Below, in pieces: positions 36,961 to 47,700 of a DNA stretch of 64,000 nt (the first letter of the stretch is position 1; each line of letters begins with the position of its first letter). Below the pieces are notes generated by a model. The model made no database searches and was not told the DNA's origin. It worked only from the letters and a program-made list of their open reading frames with translations. The position numbers and the translations under genes are program-made. Source of the DNA: an uncultured Chitinophaga sp. (GTDB taxonomy: Bacteria; Bacteroidota; Bacteroidia; Chitinophagales; LD1); assembly GCA_964423405.1 (NCBI GenBank), contig CAYREY010000003.1:81326-145325 (forward strand), in the 5' to 3' direction.

Positions 36961-39900
36961 TTATCGGATAAGAGTTACAGAGCCTTTGTATTTAAGCGAC
37001 CGGTCATTCATCATTACCACATCGGCGGTAAATACATATACGCCTGCCGGCAGCGGTGCGCCTTTGTAAGTACCATCACAACCGTAGAAAAAATTGGTAG
37101 ATTCAAACACTTTCTCGCCCCAGCGGTTATACATACCCCATTTAATCTGTTTTACACCGCTACCGAATGGTAAAAACACATCGTTGTTACCATCGCCGTT
37201 AGGGCTAAAGGCATTCGGCCAGAAAATATCGCCCACCTTCAATACGTTCAGCACAATAGCATCGGTACCGGTACAGCCATAGTTATCGGTATACACCAGC
37301 ATATAGGTAATTGTATCGGCCGAATAGGCTACCGGGTTCTGGCAGTCGTTACAACTCAGCAGGGTATCGGGCATCCAGTTGTAAGTACCACCGCTTCCAT
37401 TGCCTTGATTGATAACAGCAAATATGCCGGTGTTTTGCCCCTCATATACCAGCTTATCATCGCCCAAATCAACCATAGGCATCGGTACCAGGTTAATATC
37501 TACGGCATCGGTGGCAGTACAGTTATTGGCATCGGTTACGGTTACCGCATAGGTACCTGCCAAAGTTGGCAATATGGTTTGCGTGGTTTCCCCACCGCTC
37601 CACAGGTAACCGGTAAATCCGGCAGGCGCCGATAAATTAATAGGCGTACCCTCGCAGGCTGTAGTATCGTTACCCAAATCTATGGTTAACAAGGGTGGCT
37701 CGGTAATAAATGCGGTAGCACTACCGGTACAGTTACTGGCATCTGCCACAGTAACTGTATAGGTACCCGGTATTAATCCGGTTTGTGTACTATCGTTGGT
37801 GCCACCACTCCATTGGTATAAATAGGGCGTACTGCCTCCGACTACATTAGCCGTTACTACACCATCGGCTGCGCCAAAGCAGCTTACATCGGTAGTTACT
37901 ATATTAATCTGTAAACTATTGGCAGATGTAGGTACTGTTACCAATACGGTATCTGCACAATCATTCAGGTCTTTCGCAATAACAGTGTAGTTGCCCGGTG
38001 CCAGGTTACCAAACGTATTTTGCGCCTGGTATGCACCACCGTTAAACGAATACGTGTAAGGCTGCACACCGGCCGTAGTAATGTTAACAGTTACCGAAGC
38101 ATTGCTTAATCCGCAGCTGGGTGGTGTTACCACCGCATCGGCCTGTATGGTACAGCAAATAGGTGTAGCCAGTGTAACACTCGCTACAGCCTGGCAACCC
38201 ACCGCATCGGTTACGGTTACTGTTACAGCACCGGGTGGCAGACCTGTAAACGATTGGTTAATTGGCGCAGGTATAAAAGGTACCTGTACCGGTGTACCAC
38301 CGGTAGTATCAATCTCTGCACTGTAAGGTGCAGTACCACCGCTCAGGTTTACAGTTATCTGCCCATCATCGCCGGCACAGGTTGGGGCTACAGGGTTGGT
38401 AAGCGTTAGCACCAGGGTACTGTTATCATTCAATGGAAACAAGGTATCTATAGCACAATTGGCAAAAGCAATATCAGTAATAGTAACTGTGTAGCTACCC
38501 GATGATATGCCGGTAAGGGAAGAAGTGTTTTGTCCGCCACCCCACGCATAGCTGTAGTTACCCGAACCATTGGAAGCGGTAAGTGTAATACTGCCATCTG
38601 CCTGCCCGCAGGTTGGCTGTACTAACACAGCACTTACGGTGTGCGTACAACAGTTGGTAGGGGCTGTAAGGGTTACACTGGCGTTAGATGGACAGCTATT
38701 GGCATCTTGTACGCTGGCAGTAATAGTACCGGCATCAAGCCCCGGTAGCGGCAACTGCCCGGCTATGGGCGATGTTACCGTAAACGGGCCCGAACCTGTA
38801 TCAATGGTTATGGTGTATGGGCCGGTTCCACCGGCAAGCGTAACTGTAACCGAACCATCGCCACCGGCGCAGGTAGGGTTAACCGGGTTACTGAACGTAA
38901 GCGTAGGGCCACCCGGCGATGCTAAAGTAACCGAAGTAGTAAATGTACAGGTAGCTATGCTGGTACTGGTTATAGTTACAATGTACGTTCCTGCACCTAA
39001 ACCGGTACGGTTTTGCTGGGTAGATGGGCCATCGCTCCACGCGTAGGTATAGCTACCTGCCGGCGTAGGGCTTACGTTTATAGCACCATTGGTTTGCCCG
39101 CACGATGGCTGCGTGGTGCTGGTAGTAGCACTTAGCTGGCAACAGTTAGTGGGGGCTACTAAAGTAACCGTAGCACTGGCCAGGCAACCCTGCCCATCGG
39201 TTACGCTTACGTTAATAGTACCCGCACCAAGGCTAGGTATAGTAAGCGAGCCTGCCACCGGCGAAGTTTGGTTAACAGGTGCACCACCGGTATCAATAGT
39301 AATCTGGTATAATGGTGTACCACCCGATAAGGTTACCTGTACCGAACCATCGTTACCCGCACAGGTTGGTTGTGTAGGTACGCCAAAGGTAACCGCCAGG
39401 TTGCTGTTACTGTTTAATACAATGGTAGTATCGAAGGTACAGGTGGGTGTGCTGGTACTGGTAACGGTTACAGTATAGGTACCTGCTGGTAAACCTGTAC
39501 GGTTTTGCTGGGTAGATGGGCCATCGCTCCAGGCAAACGTGTATGAGCCCGCAGGCACCGGTGTAATGTTAATAGCCCCGTTACTTTGCCCGCAGGTAGG
39601 TTGTGTGGTTGCAGCGCTGGCACTAAGTGCGCAGCAGGCTTGTGTGTTTACATTTATCACATCGCTTTGTGTTACACAACCAGCCGTATCGCTAACCGTT
39701 AAGGTAAAAGTACCCGGCGGTGGGCACACCGTAGGGGTAAGTGTGTTACTGTTGGTCATATTACCGGTAGGGCTCCAGGTAAAGTTACCGGTATAGGCTA
39801 CCTCGGGGTCGTTAAAGGTAATTGTCCAACTGTTGAACGAACCGGTAGGTAACGAAAAGCCATTGAAAATAGCATTAAAGTGTAACGACCACACACCATT

Positions 39901-41223
39901 GGCATCGCAACCCACCAGGTTATTAAACGGCTGGTTAGGTGCATAACTACCAGAGTATGGAGAAGTGCCCGATGTGATAGGCGGGCCGGCCGGTACAAAG
40001 CAGGTATTGGTAAGCGATGTGCCCGATATAGTGCTATCTTTTACAAGTAAAATAGAGTCGCCGCTGGGGCATACCAACCAGATATCAAACAAATCTACCC
40101 CACCAAAAAAGCTCATCGTCATATTACCAATACATACACTTGATATATAGTTAGAGGGCACTGTATTTAAATTCAGGTTGGTCACATTTATATCCATGGC
40201 TAAAAATGCGCGGCCCGGTGTAGCAGGTATTATTGGCGGAAAGCCGGGCAAACCCGGGGTACCGGTAATAGGGGCTGTTTCCTGATTACGGTAGGTAGGT
40301 GTTTTAGCAGGGCGCTGTACAATTTTAGCCGTAGCATTTAACTGTAGGCACTGGCCACTGCAAATGGTGGTATCATTACCCGCATTTACTACTATAGTAG
40401 GGTTTACCACTACCAGCCGTACGGTATCGCTACAGGTATTGGTACCGTTGCTCATGTTTACTACGTAGTTTATAGTAGTATTAGGCGATACTGGTGTAGG
40501 ATTAACTCCACCGTTCGGGCCGGCATTATATCCATCATGTACCCATACTATGTTGTACGAAGGGTCGTTACAGTATATCACCACATTGTCTATACCCCAG
40601 TGGTCATAGTCGGCACCCGAGTCAGCATCCTGAAACCATCTAAACTTCGTATTTGAAGTTAATGCAGCCACCGGTACAGGAAAACACCAGTTATTCCAGT
40701 TAATTAACTGTGGATCGGAACCGCCGTTTGGATCAAAGTAATTCAGGGTAGTCCACGTAGCACCGTTATCAATGCTATATTGTAAATAAACCCCTTCTAA
40801 CGGTTCATCAGGCCCCTCACATGGTGCTGTGCAATTGCTGCACTGTGTAGCAAACAACATATCAAAACAAATGGTAACACCTGCATTGGCGCAACTACTC
40901 AAGTTAAATGATGTAGTTGTAAGTGCTCGTGGTACTGGCGACGAATTGCCCATCCAAACATGCGTAGTACCATCTACACCATTGGAGCTACATGGGTTAT
41001 TCCACATAGCCTGTTGTGTACTCTGCCAGCCAGGGCCGTAACTACCGCTGTTAAAATTCTCTGACAGCAGCGCTATACCCTGCGCCTGGCCGAAGGCTGA
41101 TAACGATGCATTTTCGCCGCATACTATCGTATCGCGGTTAATAGCTGCGCTTACCGTACAGCCCTGCGAAAATGCATAGACTGATATAATACAGAATACA
41201 ATAGTGCTTACAAGATTTTTCAT
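36961..41223 (-). CDS. 1420-aa T9SS type B cargo: Asp-box jelly-roll + P-domain-like module, four 164-aa SprB-type super-repeats, type B CTD
   Basis: The C-terminus WPNAFSPNGDGNNDVFLPF...MYNRWGEKVFES...GTYKGAPLPAGVYVFTADV...GSVTLIR is a type B CTD. The N-module (aa 20-530) is shared with the 41348..44269 gene. The signal peptide is MKNLVSTIVFCIISVYAFSQ. Confidence 0.92.
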   Translation of the reverse strand: MKNLVSTIVFCIISVYAFSQGCTVSAAINRDTIVCGENASLSAFGQAQGIALLSENFNSGSYGPGWQSTQQAMWNNPCSSNGVDGTTHVWMGNSSPVPRALTTTSFNLSSCANAGVTICFDMLFATQCSNCTAPCEGPDEPLEGVYLQYSIDNGATWTTLNYFDPNGGSDPQLINWNNWCFPVPVAALTSNTKFRWFQDADSGADYDHWGIDNVVIYCNDPSYNIVWVHDGYNAGPNGGVNPTPVSPNTTINYVVNMSNGTNTCSDTVRLVVVNPTIVVNAGNDTTICSGQCLQLNATAKIVQRPAKTPTYRNQETAPITGTPGLPGFPPIIPATPGRAFLAMDINVTNLNLNTVPSNYISSVCIGNMTMSFFGGVDLFDIWLVCPSGDSILLVKDSTISGTSLTNTCFVPAGPPITSGTSPYSGSYAPNQPFNNLVGCDANGVWSLHFNAIFNGFSLPTGSFNSWTITFNDPEVAYTGNFTWSPTGNMTNSNTLTPTVCPPPGTFTLTVSDTAGCVTQSDVINVNTQACCALSASAATTQPTCGQSNGAINITPVPAGSYTFAWSDGPSTQQNRTGLPAGTYTVTVTSTSTPTCTFDTTIVLNSNSNLAVTFGVPTQPTCAGNDGSVQVTLSGGTPLYQITIDTGGAPVNQTSPVAGSLTIPSLGAGTINVSVTDGQGCLASATVTLVAPTNCCQLSATTSTTQPSCGQTNGAINVSPTPAGSYTYAWSDGPSTQQNRTGLGAGTYIVTITSTSIATCTFTTSVTLASPGGPTLTFSNPVNPTCAGGDGSVTVTLAGGTGPYTITIDTGSGPFTVTSPIAGQLPLPGLDAGTITASVQDANSCPSNASVTLTAPTNCCTHTVSAVLVQPTCGQADGSITLTASNGSGNYSYAWGGGQNTSSLTGISSGSYTVTITDIAFANCAIDTLFPLNDNSTLVLTLTNPVAPTCAGDDGQITVNLSGGTAPYSAEIDTTGGTPVQVPFIPAPINQSFTGLPPGAVTVTVTDAVGCQAVASVTLATPICCTIQADAVVTPPSCGLSNASVTVNITTAGVQPYTYSFNGGAYQAQNTFGNLAPGNYTVIAKDLNDCADTVLVTVPTSANSLQINIVTTDVSCFGAADGVVTANVVGGSTPYLYQWSGGTNDSTQTGLIPGTYTVTVADASNCTGSATAFITEPPLLTIDLGNDTTACEGTPINLSAPAGFTGYLWSGGETTQTILPTLAGTYAVTVTDANNCTATDAVDINLVPMPMVDLGDDKLVYEGQNTGIFAVINQGNGSGGTYNWMPDTLLSCNDCQNPVAYSADTITYMLVYTDNYGCTGTDAIVLNVLKVGDIFWPNAFSPNGDGNNDVFLPFGSGVKQIKWGMYNRWGEKVFESTNFFYGCDGTYKGAPLPAGVYVFTADVVMMNDRSLKYKGSVTLIR
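37705..39636 (-). repeat. Four in-frame ~492-bp (164-aa) super-repeats delimited by Cys-Cys dipeptides (coordinates approximate at the 3' side)
   Basis: The units begin CCALSASAATTQPTCGQSNGAINI, CCQLSATTSTTQPSCGQTNGAINV, CCTHTVSAVLVQPTCGQADGSITL and CCTIQADAVVTPPSCGLSNASVTV. Units 1 and 2 are both exactly 164 aa and share YAWSDGPSTQQNRTGL.AGTY. Confidence 0.8.
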
Positions 41224-41282
41224 CTATGTGCTTATGTTTTTATTTCAATACTTAAGTTGCCTTTATCTGTGGGTTGATACAA

Positions 41283-41290
41283 CAAAAATA
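41283..41290 (-). promoter_or_regulatory. Candidate -7 promoter box for the 1420-aa cargo gene
   Basis: Minus-strand TATTTTTG matches TAnnTTTG. It lies 60 nt upstream of the ATG at 41223 and just downstream of the terminator at 41311..41340. Confidence 0.35.
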
Positions 41291-41310
41291 TCTGCCGCCC
41301 TATACAAAAA

Positions 41311-41340
41311 ACAGTGCCCGAAAATTTATCCGGGCACTGT
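41311..41340 (-). terminator. Rho-independent terminator after the 973-aa cargo gene
   Basis: ACAGTGCCCG-n10-CGGGCACTGT is a perfect 10-bp stem. On the minus strand it is followed by TTTTTTG. It starts 8 nt after the stop at 41348. Confidence 0.85.
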
Positions 41341-41347
41341 TCTTTTA

Positions 41348-44269
41348 CTACATCTTCATCAATTTTTGTGTAATAGCCCTGTTACCGGCGCTTATACGTA
41401 ACATATAAACACCTGTAGCTACGTTCAGTTCAATCTCCGAACGTTGGTTATACAATCTGGTCTGGTAAACAAGTCTGCCTTCGGCATTATATACTTCACA
41501 CTGTGCTCCTATCCAGCCTTTGCTTACTGCTATATTCCACATAGCAGTGGCATTAGGGTTAGGGTACACACTCATTCTGTCTTCTTCCATATCATCAATA
41601 CCGGTTACGGTTACTACTACCGGCAACGATAGAGCGGTACAACCATTCTGATCGGTTACCAGCACCGTATAGCTACCCGACTCGTTGGCAACATACAATC
41701 CGCCGGTAGCACCCGGTATTGCTTGTCCATCGCGGTACCATTGGTAGCCCGCCGAACCATAGGCCAGCAACGAATCTTCGTTTACACTTATGCTTACAGG
41801 AGGTTGCGGGTATGTATTTAACGGCAACTGGTTAGATGCCGCCGAACAGTTGGTATTGTCGGTTACGGTTACATAATAATTACCGGCAAGTGTAGCCGAA
41901 ATACATGCCGATGTTTCACCAGTGTTCCAGGCGTATGATGCATAACCGGCAGGGGCACATATAGTAGCCGTATCGCCGGCACACATCAGTTGTTTGTTGC
42001 TGGTTATAGATACGGTATTATTAAGCGAACTGCCCACTATAACACTGGCTGTTGCAGTACAGCCACTGGCATCCGATACTGTAACAGTGTAGGTACCGTT
42101 AGCAAGACCTGTTAGCTGGGCTGAGTTTCCGCCATTGCTCCAGTTGTAAGTAGAGGCGGTACCCTGCGTTACGGTTACCGTTGCTGTACCATTGCTGTTG
42201 CCGCAGGTAGTATTGGTAGCCAATGCCGAAACAGCAATACTGCCGCCGGCATTTACTACTGCCGATGCGGTAACGGTGCAGCCACCCGGCGCTGTTACAG
42301 TAACGGTATAAGTACCGGCAGCCAGGTTGGTAGCAGAGGCAGTAGTAGCGCCGTTATTCCACTGGTAACCACTGGCAGTACCCGATAAAATACTAACAGT
42401 TGCCGAACCGGTATTAGTAGCACAACCGGTACCGGTAGTAGCTACCGATATGGTAGGGGCACCGGCAGCACCCACTACTATAGTCTCTACACTCGAACAG
42501 CCATTGGCATCGGTAATAGTAACAGTATACGTACCTGCCCCTAAACCGGTACGGTCAGGTGTAGTTGCAGGGCCATCGCTCCAGGCGTATGTGTAGTTGG
42601 CTGTGGGCGACATGGTAATATCTATAGCGCCATCGTTCTGCCCGCAGGTAGCCTGCGATGGTACAGCCGCAGCATTAAAATTACAACAGGTATAGGTGCT
42701 CACTCTTACGGTATCGGTACGGGTAACACAACCGGCTGTATCCGATACTGTAAGTACAAATTCATTAGGTACAGGACATACAGTAGGGGTAAGTGTGTTG
42801 CTGTTGGTCATGTTAGCAGTAGGGCTCCAGGTAAAGTTACCGGTGTACGATACCTCGGGGTCATTAAACGTTATGCTCCAGTTGTTAAACACACCTATAG
42901 GTAACGATACACTGTTTATCACAGCGTTCAGGTGTAGCGACCATACTCCATTCGCATCACATCCGGCAAGGTTACTAAAAGGCTGGTTAGGGGCAAAGTT
43001 GCCGCTATAAGGCGATATAGCCGAAGTAATAGTACTACCCGCAGGTACAAAGCAGGTATTGGTTAACGATGCTCCGGTAAGGGTACTGTCTTTCACAAGC
43101 AATATCGAGTCGCCACTGGGGCATACCAGCCATATATCAAAAATCTCTATCCCACCAAAAAAACCGCTCATAGTAACATTACCAATACATACGCTGGTTA
43201 TATAGTTAGGTGTTACCGTATTCAGGTTCAGGTTGGTTACGTTAATATCCATAGCTAAAAACGCACCGCCCGGTATAGGGGGTATAAGCGGCGGTATGCC
43301 CGGAAAACCAGGTGTACCACTTATCTGTGCAATCTCCTGATTAGAGTAAGTTGGTGTTTTAGCCGGACGCTGAACTACTTTACCATCGGCATTAAGCGCC
43401 ACACAGGTACCCGAGCAGATGGCAGTATCAAGGCCCGCATTTGCCACTACTATAGGGTTTACTACGTTAATAGTTACTGTATCGGCACAGGTATTAGTAC
43501 CATTGCTCATAGTTACCACATAGGTAGTGGTAGAATTAGGAGAATAAGGTGTAGGGTTGGCACCACCAGCACCACCTGTGGTGTAACCACCCGGCCACGC
43601 TATGCTGTAAGTAGGGTCATTACAGTAAATTACAACGTTATCTATACCCCAGTGGTCATAATCTGCACCAGAGTCGGCATCCTGATACCAACGAAATTTA
43701 GTGTTAGCTGTAAGTGCTGCCTGTGGCACCGGAAAACACCAGTTACGCCAGTTAACAAGCTGTGGGTCGTTACCACCATTCGGGTCAAAATAGTTCAGGG
43801 TAGTCCAGGTAGCACCGTTATCGGTAGAATATTGCAGGTACACCCCTTCTTGTGGTTCATCGGGGCCCTCGCAGGGGGCATTGTTACCCTGTGTGGCAAA
43901 CAACATATCAAAACAGATTGTTACACCGGCGTTGGCACAGCTACTAAGGTTAAACGAAGTAGTAGTTAATACCCGTGGCACCGGCGATGAGTTACCCATC
44001 CAGATGTGGGTAGTTCCATCTACACCACCGGGGCTACAGGGGTTATTCCACATAGCCTGCTGGGTACTTTGCCAGCCCGGTCCGTAGGTACCGTTATTAA
44101 AATTTTCTGAAAGAAAAGCATTGCCCTGGGCATTACCGAAAGCCGACAATATTACGCTTTCGCCACATACAATTGTATCGCGCGATAAAGAGGCATTAAC
44201 CGTGCACCCCTGTGCAAATGCATATTGCAAGCCGCATAGCGCAGCTACAAAAAGTAATAGTTTTTTCAT
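41348..44269 (-). CDS. 973-aa T9SS type A cargo: the same Asp-box jelly-roll + P-domain-like N-module, SprB-type repeats, type A CTD
   Basis: The C-terminus MSVYPNPNATAMWNIAVS...VYNAEGRLVYQ...ATGVYMLRISAGNRAITQKLMKM is a type A CTD. The start is set at MKKLLLFVAALCGLQYAFAQ (ATG 44269). The track ORF starts at 44296. Confidence 0.92.
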   Translation of the reverse strand: MKKLLLFVAALCGLQYAFAQGCTVNASLSRDTIVCGESVILSAFGNAQGNAFLSENFNNGTYGPGWQSTQQAMWNNPCSPGGVDGTTHIWMGNSSPVPRVLTTTSFNLSSCANAGVTICFDMLFATQGNNAPCEGPDEPQEGVYLQYSTDNGATWTTLNYFDPNGGNDPQLVNWRNWCFPVPQAALTANTKFRWYQDADSGADYDHWGIDNVVIYCNDPTYSIAWPGGYTTGGAGGANPTPYSPNSTTTYVVTMSNGTNTCADTVTINVVNPIVVANAGLDTAICSGTCVALNADGKVVQRPAKTPTYSNQEIAQISGTPGFPGIPPLIPPIPGGAFLAMDINVTNLNLNTVTPNYITSVCIGNVTMSGFFGGIEIFDIWLVCPSGDSILLVKDSTLTGASLTNTCFVPAGSTITSAISPYSGNFAPNQPFSNLAGCDANGVWSLHLNAVINSVSLPIGVFNNWSITFNDPEVSYTGNFTWSPTANMTNSNTLTPTVCPVPNEFVLTVSDTAGCVTRTDTVRVSTYTCCNFNAAAVPSQATCGQNDGAIDITMSPTANYTYAWSDGPATTPDRTGLGAGTYTVTITDANGCSSVETIVVGAAGAPTISVATTGTGCATNTGSATVSILSGTASGYQWNNGATTASATNLAAGTYTVTVTAPGGCTVTASAVVNAGGSIAVSALATNTTCGNSNGTATVTVTQGTASTYNWSNGGNSAQLTGLANGTYTVTVSDASGCTATASVIVGSSLNNTVSITSNKQLMCAGDTATICAPAGYASYAWNTGETSACISATLAGNYYVTVTDNTNCSAASNQLPLNTYPQPPVSISVNEDSLLAYGSAGYQWYRDGQAIPGATGGLYVANESGSYTVLVTDQNGCTALSLPVVVTVTGIDDMEEDRMSVYPNPNATAMWNIAVSKGWIGAQCEVYNAEGRLVYQTRLYNQRSEIELNVATGVYMLRISAGNRAITQKLMKM

Positions 44270-44276
44270 GGTGCAG

Positions 44277-44690
44277 CTATTGTATAGGTTTAACAAGTAC
44301 GTTCGTCAACTCAAACTTTGTAAGCTCGGTTGAAGTAAGGTTCAATTGTTTGGCAAATATGTACAGTCGGTTATCGCGGGTTGTACATTCGCCCTCTATA
44401 GCAGCACCAGGCTCCAGTGTAACCGAAAAATCTCGTACATCTGGCTTGGCTGTTGTGTTGTTAGAAAAAGTAAGCTCTTTGGTATAAAACACCTCTACCT
44501 TACGATTCTGTAGGTTTACTACTTTCAGTAAAATCTTTTTTTGGTGTATACCGTTTGCGTTATCGTGGCATTCTGCCTCGCGGTACAAAATTTCTACTTC
44601 GCTGTTTTTAAAGTAGCTTTTCCAGTTTTCGCCGGCAAAAGCAGCTACACTCAAAAACAACATCATCAGGGGTAATAGTGCGCGTTTCAA
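44277..44690 (-). CDS. Small secreted protein, function unknown, probably co-transcribed with the downstream cargo gene
   Basis: The 137-aa ORF has the signal peptide MKRALLPLMMLFLSVAAFAG and two conserved-looking Cys (ECHDN, GEC). It starts at a TTG. Its stop is 7 nt before the ATG at 44269. Confidence 0.6.
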   Translation of the reverse strand: MKRALLPLMMLFLSVAAFAGENWKSYFKNSEVEILYREAECHDNANGIHQKKILLKVVNLQNRKVEVFYTKELTFSNNTTAKPDVRDFSVTLEPGAAIEGECTTRDNRLYIFAKQLNLTSTELTKFELTNVLVKPIQ

Positions 44691-44737
44691 TGTACTTGGT
44701 TTTGTTTTTATAAATAAATAGTTGTTAGCCGTTATTA

Positions 44738-47700
44738 TTATAATCTTATAAGTTTTTGACTTACAGATTTATTGCCTTTGGTTACTTTAAGCATATACAC
44801 ACCGGGTGCAATATTTAGTTCTACAATAGAATGCTCGTTCTTAATTTCCTCTTTATAAACCATTCGCCCTATAGCATCATATACCTCGCAATTGGCCCCT
44901 ATCCAGCTTTGGCTAACCGCAATAGTCCATTGGCTACCAGCATTGGGGTTTGGAAAAACACTCATACTTTCCTTAGCCATGTCGTTTATACCTGTAATTG
45001 TTACAACCACAGGCAGCGATTGTGCAGTGCAACCAGCTGCATTGCTAACCACCACGGTATAACTACCACTTACAGATGGTACATAGATAGCATCGGTTGC
45101 ACCCGAAATCAGCACCCCATCGCGGTACCACTGATAACTCGAAGAGTTATAGGCTACTAACGTATCTCCATTCACGCTTATACTAACAGATGGCTGCTGG
45201 TAGGCTGTAATAGCAGTAGCTGGCGATGTAGCCGTGCAATTGTCTAAATCAGTAACAGTTACATAATAGTTGCCGGCCAGTTTCACTTTAATGCAATCGG
45301 TAGTAGAACCGTTGTTCCACAAATAAGATTGATAACCCGAAGGTGCACATAAAATTGCGCTGTCGCCGGGACATATAGCTGTCTTATCTGTTGTTATAGC
45401 AACATTGCCTGTACCCGAACCGCCTACTATAACACTGGCTGTAGCTGTACAGCCACCTGCATCACTTACCGTAACGGTATAGGTGCCCGCTGCCAGACTG
45501 TTTAGGTTAGGCAATGTGGCTCCATTGCTCCAAAGATAGCTACTGGCTGTGCCCTGGGTTACATTTACAGCAGCTGTCCCGTTTACGTTGCCACAACTGG
45601 TATTGGTAGATGATGCCGATATGGATAATGTGCTTGAACTATTTACGGTAACACTGGCTGTTACAGTACAGCCGCCGGTACCGGTTACTGTAACAGTGTA
45701 ATTGCCGGCTGCCAGGTTGCTTGCAGTAGCGCTGGTAGCACCACTACTCCAGTTGTATCCGGTGGCTGTGCCCGATGTAACTGTTACGGTTGCAGAGCCT
45801 GTATTACCATTACACCCGGCAGCTGTTGCCGATGTTGTAATAGCAGGTGCACCGGTATTACCCACCACAGCACTGGCGGTTGCCGAACAACCGCCTGTAC
45901 CTGTTACCGTTACGGTGTATGTTCCACCGGTAAGGTTACTGGCAGTAGCACCGGTAGCACCGTTACTCCAGTTATATGCAGTAGCTGTACCCGAGCTAAT
46001 AGTTACTGTAGCGCTACCGTTGGCGTTAGAGCAGGTAGCATTAGTTGCAGTGGCCGATACAACCACCCCCCCCGATGAACCAACTACGGTGCTTGCCGTA
46101 GCCGTACAGTTAGCAGTAGAGGTTACTGTAACGGTATATGTACCAGCAGCTAACGAATTAGCTGTTTGCGTACTGGCACCATTGCTCCAGCTATATGCCG
46201 ATGCAGTGCCACCTGTAATGTTAGCCGTGGCAGTACCTGTGCTGGTACAACCGGCAGCAGTAGATGTTGCCGAAGCGGTAATGCCTGTTGATGAAGCTAC
46301 GTTTGCTGTAGCTGTAGCCGTACAGCCCGATGCCGACACGGTTACAGTATAGGTACCGGCTGCAACACTGGTTAATGTAGCGCTGGTAGCTCCGTTGCTC
46401 CACGCATAGCCGGTAGGTGTAGCACCGGTAGTAGTTACGGTTACCCCACCATTATTATTGCCACAGGTAGTGGCAGCAGGTGTGGCAGATGCTGTAAGTG
46501 CACAAGCCGATGCACAGTTTTGTAGTGATGCCGCGCTTGTAATAATTAACTCACCTCCATTGCTATCCAATACACGCACAGGATATGAAGCAGGAGTAGT
46601 ATTGGTTCCGGTTGCAAAATTTTGCCAGGTAGTAGTGGTGGTTTCACAGCCGGGAGGGATGCACAATGCTGGAAAAATACAACCCGAACAATTTTGTTGC
46701 TGTACCTGTTGCTGCCAGGTGTATGGCCCGGTTCCACCACTTACAGTAACACTGTTGTTATTTTCTTTACAGGCTGTAAGAGTAGCACATGCATTAACCC
46801 TTATGGTAATCGTATCGGTATAGCCGCAGGGCAAAGTATAACTTATTATATGCGAGCCTATACCTGCAACAGCTGGTGTAAACAACCCTGTAGAAGAATT
46901 AACCCCTGGGCCGCTCCAGGTACCGTTAAGGGTAGGATTACAATCAGTGCCGGTTCCTGTAGTAACAGATAGTGTAGCGGGTGCATCGCTAATACAAAAT
47001 GGCGCACGGGCGGTAATTTCGGCAAAGCAACAGCCATTGGGCACAATACTTACATCATCTATAAAATAGTATGCGAAAGGGTTAGGAAAAACCGGCTGAC
47101 CCGTGTTTACTATATTGGTACCTGCATTATTAAAAAAGTTACCGATTGTAAAATATGTTTCGCCCCCTGCTGCAGTATAGTTCCATTGCAATCTCACCCA
47201 GGCAGCGCTGGTATCTGTAATAGCATTGCATGAATAATTTAATTGCGGGGTTACATAAATTCCAGAATTTGTTTGCCCCGGACATGGATCGCGCAAATAA
47301 CGGGTATTTGAAAAATAAATACCCATATTGTTTGTTGCATAAGGCATTAAATCTCCCAGGCTTACATACATAGATACACAATAGCTTTGCCCTGCTACCA
47401 GTGGCGATGAAACACGGCCTTGTATATACTCCCGGTATTCATCAAGTGCTTCGTAAGTAATAATACCTGCATGCCTTGTTCCGGTATGCGAATATTGGAA
47501 ACCAAGTGCCGCACTTGGCATGTTGGTTGGGCCAGGGCCACCTATTATAGGTAGTGTATTACATGCTGAAAAAAGATCGGGGCTGGAACAGCTATCGCCA
47601 CCTACGTTGTTGCTGGCATTATCCCAGCTACCTGCCAAATCTGTAAAAAAACCTTCACCACCTAAATTTGCACAGTTACTACTGGTTATCTCAAAACTTG

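Noticed and set aside
45702-46352. A 216-aa plus-strand ORF antisense to the 1018-aa cargo repeats
   Set aside because: It is the same antisense low-complexity artefact of Thr/Ala/Gly-rich repeats.
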